A DNA stretch of 18,316 nucleotides from Myxococcota bacterium (GCA_036229005.1 JAZAMN010000015.1:1-18316); one strand, 5' to 3'; shown: positions 1-7,760, numbered from the stretch's first letter. Notes: a model not told the origin generated them from the sequence alone. Numbers and translations: made by a program.

Positions 1-133
1 AGGGAAAGCCAGCCAAGGTCGCGATCGTGGCCTGCATGCGGAAGCTCCTCATCCACCTCAACAGCACGATGAGGAGCTACCTTGCGCAGCCGACTGCGCC
101 GGCCGTTCAAACAACTTGAAGAAGACGGTTGCT
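1..133 (+). mobile_element. Right end of an IS110-family insertion sequence (truncated by the window edge)
   Basis: Transposase C-terminus ends at 119, followed by a very short non-coding end (…TTGAAGAAGACGGTTGCT) ending in a CT dinucleotide at 132-133. The ACGGTTG-CT string resembles the donor/core layout of IS621-like elements, and TTGAAG (116-121) is a -35-like hexamer. The exact boundary is uncertain. Confidence 0.75.
3..119 (+). CDS. IS110-family transposase/recombinase, C-terminal 38 aa (partial)
   Basis: Frame 3 reads GKPAKVAIVACMRKLLIHLNSTMRSYLAQPTAPAVQTT*. GKPxKVAxVACMRKLL is the characteristic IS110/IS116/IS902 C-terminal motif. Not in the supplied ORF track. Confidence 0.88.
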   Translation, partial: GKPAKVAIVACMRKLLIHLNSTMRSYLAQPTAPAVQTT

Positions 134-182
134 CACTCAGCCCCCGTAGCCTCGCACCCGCGCTCATTCGGACCCCGTAGCC
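131..182 (+). repeat. Two REP-like units (consensus cgctcaYTcRgaccccGTAGcc), 31-nt period
   Basis: gctcactcagcccccgtagcc (131-151) and cgctcattcggaccccgtagcc (161-182). The same unit recurs six times at 6753-7008. Confidence 0.85.
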
Positions 183-189
183 CCTCAAA

Positions 190-975
190 TCACCGCCCCA
201 GAACGTCCCAGTGCCCGACCGCCAGCGCGACCTCCCCCCGCGCGATGGCCGCCAGCTTGTCCGCCAGCCACCCGTCCACCTCGGCCCCACACTCCCCAGC
301 TGCCTGGGCGATGCCCCGCGCCATCTCCGCCAGCATGGGCCCATCGGAGGCCGGGATCTGCCAGGTCGTCGGCAGCATCTCCACCTGATAGCCGGCCTCG
401 ACCAGCCGATCGCGCAGGTACTCCGAGGCCCCGACCCCCAGGCTCGGACCGAAGCCCCGGTCCAGCAGCTGGTGCGCCCGAAAAGCGGCATGCACCGCCG
501 AGTCCCGCGGGTCCGAAGGCGTCCATTCAATCCGCCCATCCACCGTCAGCGAGGCCAGCAGCGGCCTGCCCGCCAGCCACGCCACCAGCGCGTCCACAAA
601 GCCGGCGTCGACCAGATCCAGCAGCGCCGTGGTCACGACCAGATCGCAGTCCAGCGCCGGAAAGCCCGCCCGCAGGTCCGCCTGCAGCGTGCCCACGCGG
701 TGCGCTCCCCAGTCCACCGCCTCGCCATCGTGTTGCCCAGTCGGCAGCCCCAGCCGCTCTCGCGCCGCGTCCAGCAGCCGGGCGTCGTGGTCCACCAGGG
801 TCCAGTGCTGGCGCCCCGGCATCCGCGGACTCAGGAAGCGCAGGTTGGACCCCGTCCCACACGCCAAGTCCACCACCCGGGCCCCCGGGATCGCCGGAAT
901 CAGCCCCAGACTCTCCCCGCGGGAGAGGTGATCGTAGCCCTCCCGCATCGCCAACCACTCGGGATCAAAGCCCAT
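190..975 (-). CDS. Class I SAM-dependent methyltransferase
   Basis: Motif I VVDLACGTGSNLRFL, acidic motif II WTLVDHD, DLVVTTALLDLV. Last gene of the operon; overlaps the GT4 stop by 11 nt. Confidence 0.88.
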   Translation of the reverse strand: MGFDPEWLAMREGYDHLSRGESLGLIPAIPGARVVDLACGTGSNLRFLSPRMPGRQHWTLVDHDARLLDAARERLGLPTGQHDGEAVDWGAHRVGTLQADLRAGFPALDCDLVVTTALLDLVDAGFVDALVAWLAGRPLLASLTVDGRIEWTPSDPRDSAVHAAFRAHQLLDRGFGPSLGVGASEYLRDRLVEAGYQVEMLPTTWQIPASDGPMLAEMARGIAQAAGECGAEVDGWLADKLAAIARGEVALAVGHWDVLGR

Positions 976-1888
976 CCAGCACCTCCATGACCGTGTCCGC
1001 TGCCTGCGCCCAGGTGGGCAGCTCCGCCCCCTGCGCCGCTACCCACATGCGCTCGCGCAGCGCCGCATCGCCCAGGTAGGCGGCCAGCCCCACGCGCAGG
1101 TCCCCCAGCTCCAGCGCCGCCCCGACGGGCAGCACCTCCAGGGCGCCCGCCGGGGTCGAGAGCACCGGCCGCCCGTGGGCCACCGCCTCCGCGAGCACCA
1201 TGCCGAAGGCCTCGTGGTGGGCCGCGTGCACCAGGGCGTGGGCCCGGTGGTAGTGGGGCGTCATGTCGGCCTGCTCGCCAAGGATGCGCACGCGGTCTTC
1301 CAAGCCCAGCGCGCCGATCAGCCCCCGGATGCGCGCCGCGGTCTGAGGCTCCCGCTGGGTCGAGCCGACCAGGTCCAGCGTCCAGCCCTCCAGACCCGAG
1401 AGGGCCTCCAGCAGCCGCGCGTGTCCCTTGCGGGCCGTCAGGGTGGCGGCGCAGAGCAGGTGAACCGGACCGTTTGGCTTTGGGCCCAGCCGCACCTCGA
1501 CGCCGGGCAGAGCCAGCGAGGAGTCCAGCCCCGCCAAGGTGAGAAGGCGGTGGACCGGCCCACCCGTACACACCAAGGCCTCCGCTCTCCTCAGAGCCTC
1601 CAGCTCCCGCTCCAGGGTGCCCTCCGGCGCGCCCGGCTCCCACGCCGCGAAGCTGTGGACCAGCACGACCGCACGCGAAATCGATGGGAGATCCATCCAC
1701 ATCAGCCCATCAACCAGCACGGGCTCGGGGAAGGAGAGGTGGGGGCCCGCCCCCGATGCCCAGGGCCACCGCAGGGCCTGGATCTGCGCCGGGACCCCCT
1801 TGGACTGGAGCGCCGAGACGAGGTGCTTGTTGTAGAGATAGCCCCCCGTGCGCTGCTCCGGATCGCCAGGGCTGAGCAGGCGAATCAC
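965..1888 (-). CDS. Glycosyltransferase family 4 (GT-B)
   Basis: Likely start is GTG at 1888 (GTGA overlap with the upstream stop). N-terminal TGGYLYN, RKGH, and the EX7E motif EAFGMVLAE. The track's extension to 3217 is out-of-frame shadow over the upstream gene. Confidence 0.9.
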   Translation of the reverse strand: MIRLLSPGDPEQRTGGYLYNKHLVSALQSKGVPAQIQALRWPWASGAGPHLSFPEPVLVDGLMWMDLPSISRAVVLVHSFAAWEPGAPEGTLERELEALRRAEALVCTGGPVHRLLTLAGLDSSLALPGVEVRLGPKPNGPVHLLCAATLTARKGHARLLEALSGLEGWTLDLVGSTQREPQTAARIRGLIGALGLEDRVRILGEQADMTPHYHRAHALVHAAHHEAFGMVLAEAVAHGRPVLSTPAGALEVLPVGAALELGDLRVGLAAYLGDAALRERMWVAAQGAELPTWAQAADTVMEVLDGL

Positions 1889-3609
1889 GGCTTGACGCCC
1901 TGCGTGTGGAGCTGCGGGGCGGGCTGGCCGTCGTAGCGCGCGAGGCTGCGGATCAGGGCGGAGAACATGGCCTGGTGGGAGAGCTCGGCGGGGCCCCTGT
2001 CGGGGGGGACCAGGCCGGGCTGGAAGCCGCGGGACTCGAACTCGCGGAGCAGCGCGGGGTCGGTGGCGAGCACGTGGACGGGCACCGAGAAGCTCATGCG
2101 CTTGGACAGAAAGGGAGGCTGGTGGTCGCCCATGATGATCACCAGGGTGGGGCGCTCGGTCTCGTGGTCCAGGTGCTGGGCGATGGCCTCCAGGTCGTAG
2201 TGGAGGAGCTGGAGGTAGGCGCCCAGGGTCTCGTCGCGCACGCTGCCCTGGCCGCCGTGCTGCATGCCGGCCTCGCGCTTGTAGCGGCCCAGGCGACGGG
2301 TGGCCTCGGTGCGCTCGTCGGGGGTGCGCTTGGTGGTGGCGGCCTTGCGCTTGGCGGCCTTGTCGTGGTCTTCGGCCAGGGGCTCCTGGTCCAGGGTGCG
2401 CCAGTCGGCTACCAGCGGCGGCGGGCTGCGCCAGGGCACGTGCGAGGCGACCATGTGGAAGCTCAGGAACACCGGCTGGCTGCGGTCGGCGGCGGGGGCC
2501 AGGGCGTTCTCGCGCAGCCAGCCCAGGGTGTACTGGTCGGGGATCAGCCCCCAGCCCCACTCGGGGCCCTGCCAGTCCAGGTCGGCGTAGAACACCGTCT
2601 GGTCGAAGTTGAACTCGTTCTCCAGCTCCACGCCGGGGCGCGCGCGGTCCTTGGGCTCGACCACGACCGTGTGGTAGCCGGCGTCGTGGAGCACCGCGGG
2701 GAGCGTGCGGTTGGTGCCAAAGCCCGGCTTGAGGTGCTGGAAGACGCTCTCGTAGGAGACCTCGACCCCTGAGTAGAGCGTGGCGTCCGCGATCCACGAG
2801 CGGCCCCCGCTCACCGGCGCGACCGAGCGGCCCGAGAGGCTGTACCAGCCCTGCTCCCCCAGGGCGGCCTCTAGCTCGCGGAGGTGTGCGCGCAGGGGCT
2901 CGGCGCTGCCTTTCTCGGTGAACGCCAGCTCGCCGTAGGACTCGACGATGAAGATGCGGACCTCGGGCGCCTGGCTCAGGGGCTGCAGGCGCATCTGGGC
3001 GTAGGGATCCTGGGTCTGGGTGCGGGTGACCGAGCGGTAGACGCGCACGGACTCGCTCAGGTTCTCGACCATGTGCGGCAGGATGAAGCGCGCCGGCCAG
3101 CGGGTGGCCCCGGGGTGGATGCGCCCCAGGAAGCTCAGGGCGAACACCAGGACGGCGAGACCGCTGAGCCAGGGCGCCTTGTCGCCCCAGGTGGGCGAGG
3201 CCCGGTGGATCGCCCACGCGGCGCCAGTCGCGAGCAGCACCGGCAGCAGGCAGACGCCGACCACGCCGAGCCAGTCCCAGAGCGTGCCGATGTCCATGAG
3301 CAGGACCACCGCGTGGCGCAGCAGGAAGGCCAGGTCGTAGAGCAGCGGGTCCTGGCCCATGGCGAACACGCCGACCAGGCGCATGATCTCGAAGACCAGC
3401 AGCGCGAGCACCACCAGTCCGCCCAGGGCCGCCCCCGCCTTGCGCAGGCCCAGGCGCGCCATCCAGGCCACCAGCGCCGCGAGACTGAGCAGGTCCACCG
3501 ACAGGCCGAGTGCAAGCCAGGGCGCGGGGGTGTCCAGGCCCAGGGTTCCGGGCAGCAGCACGACGACGTTGAGGACCGCCAGCAGGATCCAGGCGCGGCG
3601 GGGGCTCAT
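1885..3609 (-). CDS. Membrane-anchored alkaline-phosphatase-superfamily (sulfatase/LtaS-like) protein
   Basis: About five N-terminal hydrophobic helices, then a soluble domain with IFIVESYG, PVSGGRSW, SHVPW and IMGDHQP metal-site motifs. ATGA overlap with the upstream gene. Confidence 0.78.
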   Translation of the reverse strand: MSPRRAWILLAVLNVVVLLPGTLGLDTPAPWLALGLSVDLLSLAALVAWMARLGLRKAGAALGGLVVLALLVFEIMRLVGVFAMGQDPLLYDLAFLLRHAVVLLMDIGTLWDWLGVVGVCLLPVLLATGAAWAIHRASPTWGDKAPWLSGLAVLVFALSFLGRIHPGATRWPARFILPHMVENLSESVRVYRSVTRTQTQDPYAQMRLQPLSQAPEVRIFIVESYGELAFTEKGSAEPLRAHLRELEAALGEQGWYSLSGRSVAPVSGGRSWIADATLYSGVEVSYESVFQHLKPGFGTNRTLPAVLHDAGYHTVVVEPKDRARPGVELENEFNFDQTVFYADLDWQGPEWGWGLIPDQYTLGWLRENALAPAADRSQPVFLSFHMVASHVPWRSPPPLVADWRTLDQEPLAEDHDKAAKRKAATTKRTPDERTEATRRLGRYKREAGMQHGGQGSVRDETLGAYLQLLHYDLEAIAQHLDHETERPTLVIIMGDHQPPFLSKRMSFSVPVHVLATDPALLREFESRGFQPGLVPPDRGPAELSHQAMFSALIRSLARYDGQPAPQLHTQGVKP

Positions 3610-4478
3610 GCGGGCGCTCCGGGTTCAGCGCGGAGCAGGGGCACCAAGGCGCCGGGCAGGGCGCCGAGCAGCACGCTCAGGCCGTAGGTGATCGACAGGG
3701 CCAGCGCGGCCTCCTGGGCCAGGCCAAGGGCGGGGAGGAGGAGGGTGGCGGTGGCCTCTCGCAGACCCCAGCCCCCAACGCTCAGGGGGACGGACATGGC
3801 CAACAGCAGCATGGGCATCGCGCCCACCAGCGAGGTGCTCAGTGGCAGCCCCAGAGCCAGCAGGCACAGCACCAGGCCCCCCACAAAGCTCGCCAGCAGC
3901 AGCGCGCTGATGCCCCAGATGGGCCAGGCTTGGGCGCGCAGCAGGCTGCGGCGGGCGTCGCGGGCGAAGGGCCCCACCGCGGGCAGGCCGGCGGGCGCGA
4001 GCAGCCCCAGAGCGGCCACGGCGACCAGCCCCAGCACTGCGGGGACCATCCCAGCCGGCGCCACGCCCCAGAGGGGGATGAGCAGCAGGGCGCAGAGTCC
4101 GCAGAGCAGCAGGTGCCCGGAGAAGCGCTCCACGACCGCCGCGTGCAGAGCCGCCCGCATGGCCTGGCTGCGCTTGCCGTGGCGGTAGATGCGCAGGCCC
4201 TCGCCGGCGATGCCCGAGGGCACGAGCTGGTTCACCAGTGTCGCCAGGTACTGCTCGCCGAAGGCCTGCCGGGCGCTCAGGGGCAGCTCCAGGGTCAGGC
4301 TCACCCGGCGCCAGCGCAGCGCGGCCAACCCCACCTGCAGCGGACCCAGTGATGCCGCCGCGACCAGCCAGGGCCAGCGCAGCCCGCTCAGAGTGGCCTC
4401 CAGGCCCGCGCGGTCCACCCGGGACAGCGCCCACGCCAGCAGCGCGCCGGTCACCGCGAGGGTGCCCAGGGCCTTCAA
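3606..4478 (-). CDS. Lysylphosphatidylglycerol synthase TM-domain (UPF0104, flippase-like) membrane protein
   Basis: Polytopic hydrophobic protein with ALRW, NQLVPSGIAGEGLR and PLSVGGWGLREA motifs typical of the LPG_synthase_TM family. TTG start is uncertain. Confidence 0.85.
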   Translation of the reverse strand: MKALGTLAVTGALLAWALSRVDRAGLEATLSGLRWPWLVAAASLGPLQVGLAALRWRRVSLTLELPLSARQAFGEQYLATLVNQLVPSGIAGEGLRIYRHGKRSQAMRAALHAAVVERFSGHLLLCGLCALLLIPLWGVAPAGMVPAVLGLVAVAALGLLAPAGLPAVGPFARDARRSLLRAQAWPIWGISALLLASFVGGLVLCLLALGLPLSTSLVGAMPMLLLAMSVPLSVGGWGLREATATLLLPALGLAQEAALALSITYGLSVLLGALPGALVPLLRAEPGAPA

Positions 4479-4503
4479 CCCGCGCTGGAGGCGCCCGCTC
4501 AGC

Positions 4504-4917
4504 TCAGGCCTCGGGCAGCGGGGCTTCGAAGGAGGCCCAGGCCACGTCGGACTCGCGCAGGGTCACGCCGATGGCGCTCAGCCCGCCCGCGTGCACGCCC
4601 AGCGAGCCGTCGGCCACCTTGGCGCAGAGGCGGCGCCAGATCTCCTGGGCCAGGAACTCGGTGGTGGTGTTGACGCCGGCGAACTCGGGCAGCTCGTCCA
4701 GGTTCTTGTAGTTGAAGGCGGCCAGCACGGCGTCCACCGCCTGGTGCGCCAGCCCGATGTCCACCACCAGGCCATCGGGGTCCAGGCCCGCGCGCGAGAA
4801 GGCCACGTCCACCACGTAGGTGGCCCCGTGGAGCTGCTGCGCGGGTCCGAAGATCTCTCCGCGGAAGCTGTGGGCGATCATCATGCGGCCGCGGACGGCG
4901 AGCTTGAACATGGGCAT
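4504..4917 (-). CDS. 6-pyruvoyl-tetrahydropterin synthase-like T-fold protein (COG0720), non-QueD subtype
   Basis: MIAHSF…FGPAQQLHGATY…NYKNLD…NTTTEFLA…LRES. Lacks the CxxxHGH signature of QueD. ATG at 4917 (TGATG overlap) or 4911. Confidence 0.88.
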   Translation of the reverse strand: MPMFKLAVRGRMMIAHSFRGEIFGPAQQLHGATYVVDVAFSRAGLDPDGLVVDIGLAHQAVDAVLAAFNYKNLDELPEFAGVNTTTEFLAQEIWRRLCAKVADGSLGVHAGGLSAIGVTLRESDVAWASFEAPLPEA

Positions 4918-5891
4918 CAATCCTGGTCTTTGGGGTAGTCGATCACCTGGCAGAGCCGCCCCGGCGCGCCCAGGATCCCGGGCAGGGCGGCGGGCAGGCG
5001 CTCAAAGGGGATGCCCGGCTCCAGCAGGGCGTCCAGGGCGGGGTCGGCCAGCAGCGCCATGACGGTCTGCATGCGCCGCGCGTAGCTCCAGCGGGCCGCC
5101 CGGTGCGCGGGGATGCGCCCCACCTGCGAGCCGACGATGGACAGCCGCTTGCTGTGGAAGGCGCCGCCCAGGGGGACCGAGGGGCTCTGGGTGCCGTACC
5201 AGCTCAGCTCCACCACCCTGGCCTCGACGGCGCACAGAGCCAGTGAGAGGCTGAGTCCCGCCGACGAGGCACTGCTGTGGATCACCAGATCCTGGCCACC
5301 CTCAGCCTCCTCCGTCCCCCTGAACTCGGTCCCGAAGGACTCGGCCAGGGCCCGCCGCTCGGGGTTGAGGTCCACGACCTGCACGGTGGTCTGGGGGAGC
5401 TGGGCGCAGAGCCACGCCACCAGCGCGCCGACCACCCCGCAGCCCACCACGCTGATGCGGTCTCCGGGGCCGGGCTGGGCGTCCCACACGGCGTTCAGGG
5501 CGGTCTCCACGTTGGCGGCGAGCACCGCGCGGCGGGAGGGGACTTCGCCGGGGATGGCGGTCAGGGCCGCCGCGGGCACCTGGTAGCGGTCCTGGTGCGG
5601 GTACAGGCAGAACACCCGCTGGCCGACGGGCAGGCTGGGCTCGGGGCTGGCGAGCACGCGGCCCACGCTGCAGTAGCCGTACTTGACCGCGCCGCTGAAC
5701 GCTCCCTGTTGGAAGGGGGCCCGCATCTCCTGGTGCAGCGCGGGGGGCACCTGGGCCCGCCAGACCAGGGACTCGGTGCCGCGGGAGATCGCGGAGTGCA
5801 GGCTCTGGACCTGGACCTGGGCGGGGTCGGGGCGCCAGGGCTGGGTGCGCAGCTCGGCCTGCTGGGGGCCGGTGTACCAGAGGGCCTTCAC
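4917..5891 (-). CDS. Medium-chain dehydrogenase/reductase (zinc-binding alcohol dehydrogenase superfamily)
   Basis: GTG at 5891 in GTGA overlap with the RibD-like stop. SAISRGTE, KYGYCSVG, Rossmann VVGCGVVG, ELSWYG. Confidence 0.88.
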   Translation of the reverse strand: MKALWYTGPQQAELRTQPWRPDPAQVQVQSLHSAISRGTESLVWRAQVPPALHQEMRAPFQQGAFSGAVKYGYCSVGRVLASPEPSLPVGQRVFCLYPHQDRYQVPAAALTAIPGEVPSRRAVLAANVETALNAVWDAQPGPGDRISVVGCGVVGALVAWLCAQLPQTTVQVVDLNPERRALAESFGTEFRGTEEAEGGQDLVIHSSASSAGLSLSLALCAVEARVVELSWYGTQSPSVPLGGAFHSKRLSIVGSQVGRIPAHRAARWSYARRMQTVMALLADPALDALLEPGIPFERLPAALPGILGAPGRLCQVIDYPKDQD

Positions 5892-6649
5892 AGGCTGAGC
5901 TCGTAGAGCGTGTCCTGCCCCAGGGGGAAGCAGCGCGTGTCCGGGCGCAGGGCCTGGGACAGGGAGCGGATGCCGGGCAGGCTCAGGCTGGGGCGTCCGC
6001 TGCCCAGGATCACGGGGGCGACCACCAAGTGCAGGCGGTCCAGGCAGCCCTGCTCGATGAAGCGGGAGACGGTCAGGCCGCCACCCTCCACGAACACGCG
6101 GTGCAGGCCGCGCTCGCCGAGCAGGCGCAGGAGCGTGGGCACGGGGAAGGGGCCGGGGCCGGGGAGCACCACGCGCTCGACGTGGGCCGGGAGCGTGTCG
6201 GTGGCGGGGGCCTCCGAGGAGACCAGCCACAGGGTGGGCGCCCCATCGTCCTGGAGGACCTGGTGCGTCAGGGGGATGCGCCCCTGGCTGTCCAGCAGCA
6301 CCCGCGTGGGGCTGGGACCGCGCACCCGCCGCGTGGTCAGCGCGGGGTCGTCCAGCAGCACGGTCGAGGCGCCCACGACCACCGCGTCGGACAGGGCGCG
6401 CAGGCGGTGAGTGTGTACCAGGTCGGCCGGCCCGGAGATCCACTGGGAGCTGCCGCAGTCCATCGCGATGCGGCCATCCAGCGACTGCGCCAGGTGGCCC
6501 ACGCACCAGCGCTCCTGGCGGGCCAGGGGGGCGAGCAGGGACCACGTTGCGAGCTGGGTGGGGCTCCACTGGGTCGCCTTCCCGGTGTCCTCGCCGGCGC
6601 GCAGACGCATCAGGGCGTCCCAGCAGGGGTCGGTCTCGGAGTGGTGCAC
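5888..6649 (-). CDS. RibD C-terminal-type (pyrimidine reductase/DHFR-like) protein, no deaminase domain
   Basis: AQSLDGRIA…SQWISG…HRLRA…DAVVVGASTVLLDDPALTTR…VFVEGGG…VAPVILGSG. Confidence 0.9.
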   Translation of the reverse strand: MHHSETDPCWDALMRLRAGEDTGKATQWSPTQLATWSLLAPLARQERWCVGHLAQSLDGRIAMDCGSSQWISGPADLVHTHRLRALSDAVVVGASTVLLDDPALTTRRVRGPSPTRVLLDSQGRIPLTHQVLQDDGAPTLWLVSSEAPATDTLPAHVERVVLPGPGPFPVPTLLRLLGERGLHRVFVEGGGLTVSRFIEQGCLDRLHLVVAPVILGSGRPSLSLPGIRSLSQALRPDTRCFPLGQDTLYELSL

Positions 6650-6752
6650 GGGGGTGTCTCGGGGCTGGTCGGGCCCTCGTATACCTCACTCAACCCGGGC
6701 TGGGGGATCGGCCGAGGGCGCGTTTAAGTCGGGATAAGCCTGGGCTGGCGGC

Positions 6753-7008
6753 GGCTACGGGGGGTGAATGAGCGCGGGGTGGGGGCTACCGGGTCTGAAT
6801 GAGCGGGTCTCTGAGGCTACGCCCCACCGGTGAGCGATCCGGCCACCGATCCGGCGTGTTTTGGGGCCAGATCGCCGTCATGGGGGCCAAACAGGGTCCT
6901 TTTCGCCTGAATCGGTGGGCCTTTCGCTCATTGGTGGCGGGTAGCCTCTGACGGTCGCTCACTCAGACCCCGTAGCCTCGGGCGGTCGCTCATTCAGAGG
7001 CCCTGGCC
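6753..7008. repeat. Mirror-symmetric REP/REPIN- or MITE-like element: three inverted plus three direct 22-nt units around an 88-nt partly self-complementary core
   Basis: Reverse units start at 6753, 6784 and 6815 (ggctac…tgagcg). Forward units start at 6925, 6956 and 6987 (cgctca…gtagcc; the last is degenerate). The period is exactly 31 nt in both arms. Confidence 0.88.
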
Positions 7009-7031
7009 CCGCCCCCAGCCCCTCCGAGCGC

Positions 7032-7040
7032 TGCTATAGG
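7032..7040 (+). promoter_or_regulatory. Putative extended -10 element (TGcTATAGG), possibly driving a leaderless transcript
   Basis: AT-rich hexamer in GC-rich DNA, 6 nt before the GTG at 7047, with no strong SD. Confidence 0.4.
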
Positions 7041-7046
7041 GCCAAG

Positions 7047-7760
7047 GTGCCCGCCATCCCCCATCGCCTCCTGCTCGCCGCGGCGGGGGCTGCGCTCGCG
7101 TCCACCCTCTTGGGCCTCTGGCTGGCCCCACCTGGGCTGCCCCTCTCCGCCCTCGCCCTCTCGGCCCTTGGCGGCATCGCTGTGCCCATCGGCGGCTTCG
7201 GGTTGGCCTGGCCCGAGCGCTCCAGCGCCGCGATGAACGCCGCGAACGCGGTGACCTTGGCCCGCGCCTCCCTTGGCTCGGTCGCCGGCAGCGTGGGGGT
7301 CTGGGCCTTCTGGACCGCCCCGGAGCCCCGCACCCTCTGGCTCGTCCTGGCGCTGGGCACTCTGGCCCTGGCCTTGGACGGGGTGGACGGCGCCATCGCC
7401 CGGCGCACGAACAGCGCCAGCGCCTTCGGGGGCCGCCTGGACATGGAGAGTGACGGCACCTTCACCGCCGCCCTCTGCCTGCTGGCCTGGAGCAGTGGCG
7501 CCGCGGGCCCGTGGATCCTGCTCTCCGGGGCCCTGCGTCCCCTGTTCATCCTGGCGGGCAAGGCGCTGCCCTGGATGAACGCCCCCCTCTACCCCTCCCA
7601 GCGCCGGCGGGTGGTCTGCGTCCTCCAGATCGCCAGCCTGCTGCTCGCCCTCGCCCCGCCCTTGGCTCCGGTGAGCGCCTGGATCGCCGGCCTGGGCCTG
7701 GCCACCTTGCTCTACAGCTTTGGCCGCGACACCCTCTGGCTCTACCGGGAGCGCCCGTGA
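7047..7760 (+). CDS. CDP-alcohol phosphatidyltransferase family protein
   Basis: ANAVTLAR and the full signature DGVDGAIARRTNSASAFGGRLDMESD; multiple TM helices. Confidence 0.93.
   Translation: MPAIPHRLLLAAAGAALASTLLGLWLAPPGLPLSALALSALGGIAVPIGGFGLAWPERSSAAMNAANAVTLARASLGSVAGSVGVWAFWTAPEPRTLWLVLALGTLALALDGVDGAIARRTNSASAFGGRLDMESDGTFTAALCLLAWSSGAAGPWILLSGALRPLFILAGKALPWMNAPLYPSQRRRVVCVLQIASLLLALAPPLAPVSAWIAGLGLATLLYSFGRDTLWLYRERP

Noticed and set aside
116..388. 90-aa + strand ORF after the transposase
   Set aside because: Runs through the repeat units and antisense to the methyltransferase; low-complexity Ser/Pro/Ala sequence with no motif.
1889..3217. N-terminal extension making a 750-aa GT4 fusion
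   Set aside because: Arg/Pro/Gly-rich off-frame translation over the sulfatase-like gene; GT similarity starts at the GTGA-coupled GTG 1888.
4504..6649. Labelling these genes queD and ribD of queuosine and riboflavin synthesis
   Set aside because: The QueD CxxxHGH motif and the RibD deaminase domain are missing, and no other que or rib genes are nearby.
5892..6689. RibD-dehydrogenase fusion or frameshift (590-aa ORF)
   Set aside because: The extension is a shadow frame of the RibD-like gene; a clean GTGA stop/start overlap explains two separate genes.
6753..7008. CRISPR array
   Set aside because: Spacers are only 9 nt, units are degenerate and switch orientation mid-array, and no cas genes are present.
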